From an uncultured bacterium (GTDB lineage Bacteria > Bacillota_I > Bacilli_A > RF39 > UBA660): 60,533 bases of DNA. Below, piece after piece: positions 37,988-47,989 of the stretch (the stretch's first letter is position 1; every line of letters begins with the position of its first letter). The position numbers and the translations under genes were made by a program. The notes under the pieces are model-generated. The model was given only the letters and a program-made list of their open reading frames with translations, was not told the DNA's origin and made no database searches. The stretch covers positions 1 to 60,533 of the forward strand of contig CAMPCD010000004.1 of assembly GCA_946643435.1 (NCBI GenBank), in the 5' to 3' direction.

Positions 37988-40172
37988 CTTGTTTTACCTC
38001 CACATCAGCTAAACTTTCAGGATTAATATTCTTCAAATTAATAGATATAGTATCACCTTTAGTTACTTGAGTACCAGTAGGTATAGATGTTGACTCAACA
38101 TATCCATATCCATTTAATGTATATTTTAAACCTAATAAATTACATAGTTGAATAATATCTTTTGAAGAATAACCTTTTACTTCAGGGAAAGTAAATGTAT
38201 CACCATTAGTAAGTAAGAATACTTTAGAATTTAATGATGTAGTAGTATTCTTACTAGGATATTGTTTAATGACATTAGAACCATTACCTAATACTACTGG
38301 ATTAATACCTATTTTATTTAAATCAGCTACTGTAGTAAGAATAGGTTTACTTTGGAAGTTTTTAATAGTTACTATCTTTGTAGAATCCTTATCAGATACT
38401 CTTTCTTCTAAGTTCTTATATTTAGCTACTGATTCTACAAGTTTTTTAATTATTCCACCCATTTCTTTAGCGCCACCATTAAAGTCTTTAGTTGCTACAT
38501 AAATAATGTATTCAGGATTATCTTTAGGGAATATACCTGCGAAACTTCTTACAACATATCTATCACCTTTAACATACTCTCCTGTTTTAGGATCCGTATA
38601 GTTAGCAGTACCAGTTTTACCTATTAATCTAACATTAGATGAAGCATATCTTTTACCTGTTGCAACAGGATCATCAGAGTTAACTGTTGCATCCATTAAT
38701 TCAACTATCTTAGTTGTTGTCTTAGATGAGAACACCTTTTTAACTTCTGTACGTTTACTTTGATATTCTACTTCACCAGTATTAGGATTAACTATTTTAT
38801 CAATTATATATGGTTTTAATACAACACCATCATTTGTAATTGATGTTAATGCTTGAATCATTTGAATTGGTGTAACTGTCATACCTTGACCATATGAAGC
38901 AGATGCTAATTCTGATTCATATTGGAAGTCTATAGTACCTGAAGATTCGTTAGCTAGTTCTATTCCTGTTTGAGTACCAAATCCAAGCTTTTTATAATAA
39001 TCTTTTAAAGTATTTCTACCTAACTTTTGAGCTAGGTTAACAGCTGCAACATTTGATGAATAAGTAAAACCTACATCATATGTGATTTTACCCCAACCAT
39101 GTTTATTCCAATCGCTTATCTTATATTCATCAACTTGTACACTACCAGTTTGATAAAGATCATCACCTTTGTATTTATCTTCTTCCATAGCAGACATAAA
39201 TGAGAATATCTTCATAGTTGAACCAGGTTCATATGTATATGAAGTCATCGGATTTAAATAATTTTCTATATCAAGTTTATTAGGATCAAATGATGGATAA
39301 GTACTTGATGCAATAATAGCACCTGTATTAGCATTAGCAATTGTTATACTTGTCCATTCAGGTTCATAGTTGGTAAATTCATCAACTGCATTATCTACAA
39401 ACATTTGAACTTGTTTATCTAAAGTTAAATAAATATCATATCCATCTTCTGCATCTACACCATAAGATGGTCTATCAGCTAATTGATATCCTTGTGCATC
39501 TTTCTCATATGTTAAATAACCATCTTTACCCTTTAAATAACGATCACAGTAACCTTCTATACCTAATTCACCTACTAGGTATTCATTACCTTCTTCATCA
39601 GTTTTTTTAACAGCATAACCTATTAAATAAGATGCAAAATCACCATTTTGATAATATCTTTTAAAAGTCTTAGTAAATTCTATACCAGGAAGATCTAGTT
39701 TTTCTATCTTATTCTTCATAGTTTCTGATATATTTTTACCACCAGCACCAAATTCTACTTGGTATGCACCTTTAGAATTTAATCTTTTTAATATATAATC
39801 ATAAGTCATTGGTGAATTAGGATCAGCATCTAAAAATACCTTAGATAAAGCTTCTGCTGTCTTCATATAATCTACTACATGCTTAGGATTATCTGGATTA
39901 GTTGTTCTTTGAGAAGATAATATAGCTATTAAAGTATATGAGTTAACATTCTCTGCTACAGCTTCTCCTTGATTATCATATATAGTTCCTCTTGTAGAAT
40001 ATATTGTTTTAGTAGTAATTATTCTTGAATCAGCTAATTCTCTTATATTTACTCCTTCTACTACATTATTAGTTGCTACATAAGTTATTTTCCATATAAT
40101 AACGCAAAATAAAAGAACAATAGCTATAATAAATAAAACATTTATTCTTATAGTATTGCCCTTTATTTTCAT
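37968..40172 (-). CDS. Class B penicillin-binding protein (PBP2B/2x-like) with two PASTA domains
   Basis: N-terminal TM segment. Transpeptidase motifs STMK, SSN and KTGTA. Two C-terminal PASTA-like repeats. Confidence 0.9.
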   Translation of the reverse strand: MKIKGNTIRINVLFIIAIVLLFCVIIWKITYVATNNVVEGVNIRELADSRIITTKTIYSTRGTIYDNQGEAVAENVNSYTLIAILSSQRTTNPDNPKHVVDYMKTAEALSKVFLDADPNSPMTYDYILKRLNSKGAYQVEFGAGGKNISETMKNKIEKLDLPGIEFTKTFKRYYQNGDFASYLIGYAVKKTDEEGNEYLVGELGIEGYCDRYLKGKDGYLTYEKDAQGYQLADRPSYGVDAEDGYDIYLTLDKQVQMFVDNAVDEFTNYEPEWTSITIANANTGAIIASSTYPSFDPNKLDIENYLNPMTSYTYEPGSTMKIFSFMSAMEEDKYKGDDLYQTGSVQVDEYKISDWNKHGWGKITYDVGFTYSSNVAAVNLAQKLGRNTLKDYYKKLGFGTQTGIELANESSGTIDFQYESELASASYGQGMTVTPIQMIQALTSITNDGVVLKPYIIDKIVNPNTGEVEYQSKRTEVKKVFSSKTTTKIVELMDATVNSDDPVATGKRYASSNVRLIGKTGTANYTDPKTGEYVKGDRYVVRSFAGIFPKDNPEYIIYVATKDFNGGAKEMGGIIKKLVESVAKYKNLEERVSDKDSTKIVTIKNFQSKPILTTVADLNKIGINPVVLGNGSNVIKQYPSKNTTTSLNSKVFLLTNGDTFTFPEVKGYSSKDIIQLCNLLGLKYTLNGYGYVESTSIPTGTQVTKGDTISINLKNINPESLADVEVKQDDKKEN

Positions 40173-40186
40173 TTTATATCACTTCT

Positions 40187-40480
40187 TTATTTTATAACGA
40201 TTATATTATCATTATTATAACTTAATCCATAAGTCTTTGCAACATTTTGAATAGTAGATAAACTTGCTAATTCATCTACTTGCATAGATAAAGCTGAATT
40301 AACATTTTCTTGTTGAGAAATTTCTTCTTTCATTCTTTCTACTTCAATATTAGATGTAGATAATAATGATCTTGTATATACAACAGTAATTAATGCTGCT
40401 ACCATAAAAACGCCTATTATAGCTATCATTACTTTTTCTATATTATGAAATTTAACACCTAACTTAGTATTCTTTCTCAT
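40187..40480 (-). CDS. ftsL: Cell division protein FtsL
   Basis: Small bitopic protein with a coiled coil, between rsmH and pbp. ATG at 40480; the track's TTG start is 9 nt upstream. Confidence 0.7.
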   Translation of the reverse strand: MRKNTKLGVKFHNIEKVMIAIIGVFMVAALITVVYTRSLLSTSNIEVERMKEEISQQENVNSALSMQVDELASLSTIQNVAKTYGLSYNNDNIIVIK

Positions 40481-40485
40481 GTTAA

Positions 40486-41406
40486 TCAAACCCTTTCAAC
40501 TATTCTTAATTTTGCACTTTTTGATCTACTATTTTCTTCTAATTCTTTTTCACTTGCCACAATTGGCTTCTTATTAATAAGTTTAAGTTTAGGTTTGAAC
40601 TCATCGGGTATTTCATCCTCCTTCAAACCTCTTACAAGCGAATTAACCTCACTATTCTTTTTAAACTCTTGTTTAACTATTCTATCCTCTAGGGAATGGA
40701 ATGTTATAACACATATTCTTCCACCAGGATTTAACATATTAATTGCATCTGGTAGAACACCCTGAAGTACATCTAACTCACTATTAACTTCAATTCTTAT
40801 TGCTTGAAATATTTCTCTTTCAGGATGATTTGTTAAGTAATACTTCATTGGTACTGATCTCTTAATAACATTTACTAATTCCAATGTAGTATTAATTGGA
40901 CGGTTATCAACAATACCTTTAGCTATGCTTTTAGAAAACTTTTCTTCAGCATATTTATAAAAGATATTTGATAACTCTTCTATTTTATACTTGTTAACTA
41001 CATCATAAGCAGAAAATTTATCATCTTGATTCATACGCATATCTAATGGCGCATCTTTCATAAATGAAAATCCTCGACTAGCATCATCTATTTGTGGGGA
41101 AGAAAATCCTAAGTCAAATAATATTCCATCTACTTTAGTAACACCTAATTCGTTAAGTCTTTCTTTTAATGATAAGAAATTAGATTTGATTATTGTAAAA
41201 TTGTGGGGGTTAATCTTCTCTAATTTATCAAACGAATACTTAACTGCTTTCTCATCTTGATCAAAAGCGTATAAATGTCCAGTAGTTAACTTCTCTAATA
41301 TCTTACTTGAATGACCTGCATAACCTAGAGTCGCGTCTACATATATGCCATCTGGTTTAATATTTAAGCCTTCAATTGATTCATTTAAAAGAACACTATA
41401 ATGCAT
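40486..41406 (-). CDS. rsmH: 16S rRNA (cytosine1402-N4)-methyltransferase
   Basis: MHYSVLLNESI start at 41406. DATLGYAGHS SAM motif. The track's 20-aa N-terminal extension was rejected. Confidence 0.9.
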   Translation of the reverse strand: MHYSVLLNESIEGLNIKPDGIYVDATLGYAGHSSKILEKLTTGHLYAFDQDEKAVKYSFDKLEKINPHNFTIIKSNFLSLKERLNELGVTKVDGILFDLGFSSPQIDDASRGFSFMKDAPLDMRMNQDDKFSAYDVVNKYKIEELSNIFYKYAEEKFSKSIAKGIVDNRPINTTLELVNVIKRSVPMKYYLTNHPEREIFQAIRIEVNSELDVLQGVLPDAINMLNPGGRICVITFHSLEDRIVKQEFKKNSEVNSLVRGLKEDEIPDEFKPKLKLINKKPIVASEKELEENSRSKSAKLRIVERV

Positions 41407-41839
41407 TGTAATCACCTTCAGTAAATAAATTCTCGGCAATATCACTGAAATTATCAATGTTGTCATCCATAAATGAATCCCATGATTCTTTAGACCAAAT
41501 CTCTAGTCGATCGTTTGCGCCGATTATTACACACTCTTTTGTAACATCGGCGTATTCGATCAATGGGGAGGTAATTGAAATTCGACCACTTTGGTCAAAT
41601 TCGCAGACAGTAGCACCAGAAAGGAAAAATCTAGTGAAGTTCCTTGCATCCTTACGAGTGAAAGGAAGGTTTTTAAGTTTATCGACAATTTTATTCCACT
41701 CAGCTTTAGAATATATAAATAAACATTTATCTAAGCCTCGTGTTAAAACAACTTCATCACCAAGTTCAGAACGGAATTTACTTGGTATAACCAATCTTTT
41801 CTTGTCATCTATATTATGACGATATTCACCCATCAGCAT
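41396..41839 (-). CDS. mraZ: Transcriptional regulator MraZ
   Basis: MLMGEYRHNIDDKKRLVIPSKFR start at 41839 behind GGGGA. A second half carries DQSGRISI. The track's 8-aa extension covers the operator and RBS. Confidence 0.9.
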   Translation of the reverse strand: MLMGEYRHNIDDKKRLVIPSKFRSELGDEVVLTRGLDKCLFIYSKAEWNKIVDKLKNLPFTRKDARNFTRFFLSGATVCEFDQSGRISITSPLIEYADVTKECVIIGANDRLEIWSKESWDSFMDDNIDNFSDIAENLFTEGDYNAL

Positions 41840-41849
41840 TTGGAATTCC

Positions 41850-41905
41850 CCACTTTCTTCCACTTTTTACCACTGTGTAATTATAATATACACCTATCTC
41901 CCACT
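41850..41905 (-). promoter_or_regulatory. mraZ promoter region with MraZ-box direct repeats
   Basis: Minus strand reads AGTGG TAAAA AGTGG AAGAA AGTGG GGAAT. The three AGTGG boxes repeat every 10 nt exactly (plus-strand CCACT at 41850, 41860, 41870). A fourth box lies at 41901-41905 inside the TTGATA-17-TATATT promoter. Confidence 0.6.
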
Positions 41906-41950
41906 TATATCAATAGAATGTAAGTAATTTGTATACAAAAATGTAAAGCA

Positions 41951-41979
41951 AAATAAAAAAGACTATTTATTAGTCTTTT
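41951..41979 (-). terminator. Terminator of the 140-aa gene
   Basis: AAAAGACTA-TTTAT-TAGTCTTTT hairpin overlaps the stop codon. Confidence 0.65.
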
Positions 41980-42385
41980 GTTTTCCTAAATATCTTTCTT
42001 TTAATCTATTTAGAGCTCTTTGATTATTCTCTAATTCTTCTAATATTTTTTGATAAGTATCATTAGATGCAGCTTCTTCACTTAACTTTTCAATCTTTCT
42101 TTCATAGTCAGTGCTTTCACTTGCAATATTTATTGCTATTGCAATATCATCAAATTCATCAATAATACTCATATTATTTATTAACCATTCTGCTGCAACA
42201 AACTTTTGCCATAAGATAGCTAACATTAATAATGATCCTTTATTTCCTGTGGGTAATCTGAAATCTCTATGAGATAATACGAATAAGTAATGATTCTTAT
42301 CGCTATCGCCTACTTGTAAACTGTTAATTAAACTAAATGCTGTATTAAGATCGTTGAATTCAACTAAACCTTCTAAATATTTCAT
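41963..42385 (-). CDS. Hypothetical cytoplasmic protein (140 aa)
   Basis: Monocistronic, with its own TTGACA-type promoter, GGAGGGA SD and terminator. Helical C-terminus. Confidence 0.6.
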   Translation of the reverse strand: MKYLEGLVEFNDLNTAFSLINSLQVGDSDKNHYLFVLSHRDFRLPTGNKGSLLMLAILWQKFVAAEWLINNMSIIDEFDDIAIAINIASESTDYERKIEKLSEEAASNDTYQKILEELENNQRALNRLKERYLGKQKTNK

Positions 42386-42437
42386 AATTTTCCCTCCGAC
42401 TGATGCTTATTATATATAAATATTTTAATTTGTCAAA

Positions 42438-42467
42438 TTAAAAAAAGGGTTAGTTCATAACCCTTTT
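42438..42467 (-). terminator. mutL terminator
   Basis: AAAAGGGTTA-GTTCA-TAACCCTTTT hairpin overlaps the stop codon. Confidence 0.7.
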
Positions 42468-44219
42468 AAACATACGTTCTAATTCATAATTTGAATAATG
42501 AATAATTGTTGGTCTACCATGCGCACAGTTATATGGATTATCACATAAAACTAAGTCTTTTAATATTTGATCAGCTTGTTCTAAAGATATTTCTTCATTA
42601 GCTCTAACTGATGATTTACAAGCTATTGTAGATATTAATCTATCATTAAACTTAATATCATCAAAATCTTTTTCGTTTATGATTAATTCTATTATCTTAT
42701 TAATAGTTTCATCTTCATATCCAGCTCTTAACCATGTTGGATGTTCTTTTACAACAATTGTATTTAAACCGAACTCTTCAATAGTAAAACCAAACTTATC
42801 AAAGACATCTAATCTTTCTTTTATTTTAATAAAATCAGATGAAGATAGTTCTAGAGTTAAAGGAATTAACATAGATGTTCTATTAATCTTTCTTTCTTCA
42901 AACTCTTTCTTTACTCTTTCATAGTTTATTCTTTCATGTGCTGCATGTTGGTCTATTATATAATAACCATCATCACTTTCAGCTATTATATATGTTTTAT
43001 GAATTATTGTAAGAGGTCTTAAAACAAGACTTCTTATTTCTTCATTCTTAGTTTCTTTCTTTTCTGATGAAGTATTAACTTTCACTTCTACTTCTTTATA
43101 ATCTTTTTTATCTACTACTTCTTCTATTAAAGATAATTGAGTAGAATTATCTTTTAATTCTTCTTGTTTCTCTTGTTCTTTTAATTCAATTCTATTAACT
43201 ATAGTAGGTATTCTTTCTTCTACTTCTTTAACTAGTAAAGTATTAGTTAAAGCATCATTTATAGTTTTAGTTATTAATTCAGCTAAATAATCTATTTTAG
43301 AGAATTTAATATCATTTTTAGAAGGATGTATATTAACATCTATTAAAGTAGGATCTGTATCTATCTTTAATACTACTACAGGATATTTTATATCAGGTTT
43401 AAACTTAAAATATCCTTCATTTATAGCTTTATTAACTTGATTATTAGATACTACTCTTCCATTTACTATAACATTCATATGTGATTTAGTAGATTTCAAT
43501 ATAGTAGGCTTACAAATATAACCTGATACATCATAGTCATCGTTAGATGCATCTACTCTTATCATATTAGATGAAACTGAATAACCATATATTTCATGTA
43601 TTACTTTAAGTAAATCACCTGAACCTGATGTATATACTATCTTGTTATCATTATTAGTTAAAGTAAATGATATATCTTCATGAGATAAAGATAACTTCTC
43701 TATAAAAGCAGTTACATTAGCTAATTCTGTTTGTAAACTCTTTAAGTATTTTAATCTTGCAGGAGTATTATAGAATAAATCACTTACTTCTATAGTAGTA
43801 CCTTTTCTTGCATCACTTTCTTCATTGGTTAATACTCTTCCACCTTCAATATAAATATGTGTTCCTACACTACCTTGAGATGTCTTCATATCAACTTTAG
43901 ATACAGAAGCAATTGATGCTAAAGCTTCACCACGGAACCCTAATGTGTTTATAAAGAATAAGTCATCTTCTTTTTTTATCTTAGATGTTGCATGTCTTTG
44001 GAAAGATAAAAGAGCATCCTCTTTATCCATACCTGCTCCATCATCTATAACTTTAATAGATTTAGTTCCTGAATCTATTAAATTAACAATTATATTTTTT
44101 GATCCTGCATCTATAGAATTTTCTACTAATTCTTTTACTACAGATGCAATTCTTTCAACTACTTCACCAGCTGCTATTTTATTAGCTAGTATATCAGACA
44201 TTATATGTATTTTACTCAT
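42450..44219 (-). CDS. mutL: DNA mismatch repair endonuclease MutL
   Basis: GHKL ATPase motifs (AAGEVVERIASVVKELVENSIDA, DDGAGM, LGFRGEAL) and the C-terminal DQHAAHERI endonuclease motif. ATG at 44219 behind GGAGGA. Confidence 0.92.
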   Translation of the reverse strand: MSKIHIMSDILANKIAAGEVVERIASVVKELVENSIDAGSKNIIVNLIDSGTKSIKVIDDGAGMDKEDALLSFQRHATSKIKKEDDLFFINTLGFRGEALASIASVSKVDMKTSQGSVGTHIYIEGGRVLTNEESDARKGTTIEVSDLFYNTPARLKYLKSLQTELANVTAFIEKLSLSHEDISFTLTNNDNKIVYTSGSGDLLKVIHEIYGYSVSSNMIRVDASNDDYDVSGYICKPTILKSTKSHMNVIVNGRVVSNNQVNKAINEGYFKFKPDIKYPVVVLKIDTDPTLIDVNIHPSKNDIKFSKIDYLAELITKTINDALTNTLLVKEVEERIPTIVNRIELKEQEKQEELKDNSTQLSLIEEVVDKKDYKEVEVKVNTSSEKKETKNEEIRSLVLRPLTIIHKTYIIAESDDGYYIIDQHAAHERINYERVKKEFEERKINRTSMLIPLTLELSSSDFIKIKERLDVFDKFGFTIEEFGLNTIVVKEHPTWLRAGYEDETINKIIELIINEKDFDDIKFNDRLISTIACKSSVRANEEISLEQADQILKDLVLCDNPYNCAHGRPTIIHYSNYELERMFKRVMN

Positions 44220-45186
44220 AATATCCTCCAAATATAGAATCTCTTATTTCTATTGATTCAGTTGGTATATTAGTAGTTATTTTAGTTTTATTCTTAAATC
44301 TAATAATACCTATACCTAAGATTATTAAATCTTGATTATCATCTATATTTAATTCATTAGATAATTTGATTTCTTTATAATACTTCTTAATTAAATTATT
44401 ATCATTTAAACTAGTATAAAATGTTATAGGTGTACCATTTTCAATCTTAATATGATATTTATTATTTAATAATTGAATAACTTCATTATCTTTTAAGTTA
44501 TAAGATAACATTTTTATATCTTTATTAGTTACATCATTATTTAAGCTATTAGGAATAATAAACCCTGGACTATCTATTAATGTTAATTGATTATTTAATT
44601 TAACTCTCATAAAATCTAATGTTGTATTAGCATGAGAATTAACATTAATCTTATTAATCTTACTTCCTAAGATAGTTGCCATATCATTAATGAATGTTGA
44701 TTTACCAGAATTAGATATGCCTAGTAGATAGGCTTCATGTATATTATTATCCATCAAATATTTATAGATAGATTTAACACCATGATTAGCTGTTCCACCT
44801 TTTACTTTAATATCAGAGTAAATACTGTATTTATCTTGTACAAAGTTTCTTACCATATTATATGTAATATTATCAGGTAATAATTCACCCTTATTAATTA
44901 CTAATACTTTATTATTCTTAATAGATTTAAATAAATCCATTACATAAGTATTAATATTCAAATAATCACATAAGAAGATAACAAACTTATTATCTTTATT
45001 TACTTTTCTAATTATTTCTTTAGCATCTTTAGGAGTATCCATGACTTTTTGTTCTCCATAATGCATCATTCTAAAGCAACGCATACAATAAGATGCATCA
45101 TCTATTTTATTCTTAGGAATATATCCTTTAGCATTTTGATCATCTGATTGTAATTGAGCTCCACATCCAAAACAAATCTTAGTCAT
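44212..45186 (-). CDS. yqeH: Ribosome biogenesis GTPase YqeH
   Basis: N-terminal CxxC..CxRC zinc finger. Circularly permuted GTPase with NKGE, then GISNSGKST, then DSPG. Confidence 0.8.
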   Translation of the reverse strand: MTKICFGCGAQLQSDDQNAKGYIPKNKIDDASYCMRCFRMMHYGEQKVMDTPKDAKEIIRKVNKDNKFVIFLCDYLNINTYVMDLFKSIKNNKVLVINKGELLPDNITYNMVRNFVQDKYSIYSDIKVKGGTANHGVKSIYKYLMDNNIHEAYLLGISNSGKSTFINDMATILGSKINKINVNSHANTTLDFMRVKLNNQLTLIDSPGFIIPNSLNNDVTNKDIKMLSYNLKDNEVIQLLNNKYHIKIENGTPITFYTSLNDNNLIKKYYKEIKLSNELNIDDNQDLIILGIGIIRFKNKTKITTNIPTESIEIRDSIFGGYYE

Positions 45187-45703
45187 AGTATCTACCTCTT
45201 TTAAATAAGTTCTTTTCAGTTAAATTATTAACTACTATATTTTCAAGCTTTCTATTTAACTTTGTAACTGCATATTCATCAATAGATACAGGATTAACTA
45301 ATATAGAAGTATAATTCATTCTATTAGCTCCTAATATATCAAATAAGAAATTAGAACCAATACAAGCTACTTCATAGTATTTATAATTAAATATCTTAGC
45401 TATCTTTTTATATTTATATTTTAATGGTTTGAAAGATAAATATGATGAATCTACACATAGTCCTTCTTTAAAAGGAGTAACTACCTTTTTAGAACTATTA
45501 GACATGATTATTATTTCTAAATCTAAATCTTTAATATATTCCATTAAATCTTTAAGTTTTTTATCAGGCATATTAACACCTTCAGGTACTAAAGTATTAC
45601 TTAAACCAAATATAACACACTTAATACCAGTCTTTTTTAAAGCTTTATAATCTATGTCATATATACTCTTATAATATTTATCAGGTATAAATTTTTCAAA
45701 CAT
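45179..45703 (-). CDS. yqeG: YqeG-family HAD-IIIA phosphatase
   Basis: Size, HAD-like pattern and position immediately upstream of yqeH. ATG at 45703 behind GGTGGT. Confidence 0.65.
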   Translation of the reverse strand: MFEKFIPDKYYKSIYDIDYKALKKTGIKCVIFGLSNTLVPEGVNMPDKKLKDLMEYIKDLDLEIIIMSNSSKKVVTPFKEGLCVDSSYLSFKPLKYKYKKIAKIFNYKYYEVACIGSNFLFDILGANRMNYTSILVNPVSIDEYAVTKLNRKLENIVVNNLTEKNLFKRGRYYD

Positions 45704-45751
45704 ATTTACCACCAAAGTTATTATACAATAAAAAAAAAGTTCTATAAAGAA

Positions 45752-46399
45752 CTAATTAACCTTAATCTTTATAGCACTTGTTGTATCTGTAACACTTACT
45801 GTATTACCATTGTTATTATTACTAACATTAACATTGTTTTTATTGTTTCGTTCATTAACATTTACTTTGTTTTCTTTATCAAGTTCATCTGCACTAACTG
45901 ATCTAGTGTGATTTGTTGGATTTGTACCAACATCTATAGTAGTAGTTATTGATGTTATACCAACTATTTTTTCATTATCTAATTGATTATAATCAACACT
46001 CTTAGAATCATCAGTATCTGGTGCTGAAGCATCTATTTCATGTGCTTCTAATTCACAATGACCAGATTCATCCCATACATTCATTATTTGCATCATTTGA
46101 TCTACTATAACTGGAACAGCAAATAATACTACAGCAGCACCAACTCTTCTTACAAACTTATTAAAGAACTTTTTACCTTCAGCTTCTACTCCACCTTTAG
46201 TTAAAGCAACAATACCTTCATATATTGTATAACCAATTACTAGAATAGGAGCAACTATTTTAATTATTCTTAAAATACCTGCTAAGTCTTTAGTAACATT
46301 AACTCCTAATGGACAAGAACTAGTTGTCGCTAATACTGTAGAAGGAATTAATACAATACCGAATAATACTATATATAAATATACTTTATAATTTTTCAT
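45752..46399 (-). CDS. Secreted two-TM hairpin protein with Asn-rich tail (topology reminiscent of TrbC/VirB2-type pilins)
   Basis: Signal peptide, two hydrophobic helices separated by a short charged loop (KGGVEAEGKKFFNKFVRR), then a polar tail of about 100 aa. Topology argument only. Confidence 0.3.
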   Translation of the reverse strand: MKNYKVYLYIVLFGIVLIPSTVLATTSSCPLGVNVTKDLAGILRIIKIVAPILVIGYTIYEGIVALTKGGVEAEGKKFFNKFVRRVGAAVVLFAVPVIVDQMMQIMNVWDESGHCELEAHEIDASAPDTDDSKSVDYNQLDNEKIVGITSITTTIDVGTNPTNHTRSVSADELDKENKVNVNERNNKNNVNVSNNNNGNTVSVTDTTSAIKIKVN

Positions 46400-46454
46400 T
46401 AAAATCACCTAATTCACTTATATTATAACATAATTAAAGTATATATCTATGTAA

Positions 46455-47075
46455 TTATTTTTTCTTTACAATTTTATTATATACACTTAAGTATATGGGT
46501 GTAATTAATAATAATATATTAAAACCTAAATATACATAATATATGTCTTTAACCATACCATTTATTATTGTTCCATAATTCATAGTATATAGAATAATAA
46601 ATGATATTATTATACCTATTATAGATGTAATCAATCCAATAGTTTTAATGTTATGTTTCTTCTTAGTTTTATTTAATATAGTACCTGTTATAATTAACAT
46701 AACAATAGTTGCTACATCAAATATATCTTTTATCATTCTCACATTTTTATAAGGACCTATTACTTTAATATTTCTATTATATATCTCATCATATTTAGAA
46801 GGTATTACATCTTCATTAATTATTATTTTATTTGTAAAAGATCTATCATTAAAATAACCATTAATATAACTATTAACATCATTCTTTAACAAAGAATCAT
46901 CTATTGTATATTTTACATCTACCTCTTTATTTATATTAGCTTTAATCATTTGATAATAATCATGTTTAGTAAATTCATGAATAATAAATCTAGTATTAAA
47001 TAAAGTAAAACTTAATACTACCATGATTATACAAATAGATAATAATATACTTTCTAAAATATTAATTAATTTCAT
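46455..47075 (-). CDS. Hypothetical polytopic membrane protein
   Basis: One N-terminal TM segment, an extracytoplasmic loop of about 90 aa, three C-terminal TM segments. ATG at 47075 behind GGAGGA. Confidence 0.5.
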   Translation of the reverse strand: MKLINILESILLSICIIMVVLSFTLFNTRFIIHEFTKHDYYQMIKANINKEVDVKYTIDDSLLKNDVNSYINGYFNDRSFTNKIIINEDVIPSKYDEIYNRNIKVIGPYKNVRMIKDIFDVATIVMLIITGTILNKTKKKHNIKTIGLITSIIGIIISFIILYTMNYGTIINGMVKDIYYVYLGFNILLLITPIYLSVYNKIVKKK

Positions 47076-47104
47076 AGTATCCTCCATAAGTAAAAAGAGT
47101 ATTT

Positions 47105-47989
47105 CTACTCTTTATTAGTTAAATATGTAATAGTACCATCATTTAAGATAGCACGTGCAGCAAATCCAATTACATAATGGTATTTATTATATACAGCTAT
47201 TATTTCAGCTGATGTAACAGTTTTACCTATATCTTTATCATCTAAATAATCATTGTAATTACTATTCATAAAATCATAGTAATATTGCCATCTATAGTTT
47301 TCTTCATCATCAGGGTTAAATGCACCTGAGAAAGTTATTACATATTTTTTGTTCCAATCACCATAGTCTGGCTCAGTATAACTTGGTTCCATATCTTTAG
47401 TTTTAGTTTGTACTAAAGAAGCACCTTCCTTAACAATTAACTTAGCAGTTGTTTTAGCTATATTATTACTTGTATCTTTAGCTTTAATATTAACTGTATA
47501 TGTTCCTTCTTTTGATGTATCTACACTACCATCAAATTCATATGTACAAGGATAAGAATAATCTTCACACTTAGCTATGAAATCATCTGGTTTTATTTCT
47601 TCATTTAATCCAACAGTTAATTCATTAGTTGATACTGTAGGTGCAGTAGTATCTTTAACTACTACCTTACCTTCTTTAATGATATCATTTAATACTACTC
47701 TATAAGTATATTCACCAACTACATTCAATACTTTATCATTAGTAAAACTTACTGAATCCAAATTTAATTTATAATCTTTCGGATTTAAAGGTTTATTAGT
47801 TAAATAATCTAATACATCAGTAGATATTGTATCTCCTACTTCATATACTATAGTCTTTTTAACACCAAAGTTTATACTTTTAAATAATATAATAATACCA
47901 CCTATTATTACTGCAAATATTACTACAAATAATACTGCTTTAACTTTTGTTGGAAGTTTACTTTCTTCATATATTATTTCGTCTTCCAT
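47105..47989 (-). CDS. Single-pass membrane protein with Ig-like DUF5011-type modules
   Basis: TM anchor. DTTAPTVSTNELTV...GSVDTSKEGTYTVNIKAKDTSNNIAKTTAKLIV. The start abuts the upstream stop (TAGATG). Confidence 0.6.
   Translation of the reverse strand: MEDEIIYEESKLPTKVKAVLFVVIFAVIIGGIIILFKSINFGVKKTIVYEVGDTISTDVLDYLTNKPLNPKDYKLNLDSVSFTNDKVLNVVGEYTYRVVLNDIIKEGKVVVKDTTAPTVSTNELTVGLNEEIKPDDFIAKCEDYSYPCTYEFDGSVDTSKEGTYTVNIKAKDTSNNIAKTTAKLIVKEGASLVQTKTKDMEPSYTEPDYGDWNKKYVITFSGAFNPDDEENYRWQYYYDFMNSNYNDYLDDKDIGKTVTSAEIIAVYNKYHYVIGFAARAILNDGTITYLTNKE

Noticed and set aside
41840-41863. N-terminal extensions in the ORF track that start at TTG or GTG. Examples are the mraZ MEESGEFQ extension and the rsmH 20-aa extension. 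Others affect mutL, helD, yqeG, ftsL and the genes at 22589, 25476, 34930, 35992, 45752 and 46455, as well as the surface protein.
   Set aside because: In each case the alternative start codon lies within or upstream of a clear Shine-Dalgarno sequence. That SD is correctly spaced from an internal ATG where the conserved protein N-terminus begins.
45752-46399. Interpreting the VirB2-like two-TM protein as evidence of a conjugative type IV secretion system.
   Set aside because: No VirB4, VirD4, relaxase or other T4SS genes are in the window. Topology alone is insufficient, so it is kept only as a low-confidence note within the five-gene cluster finding.
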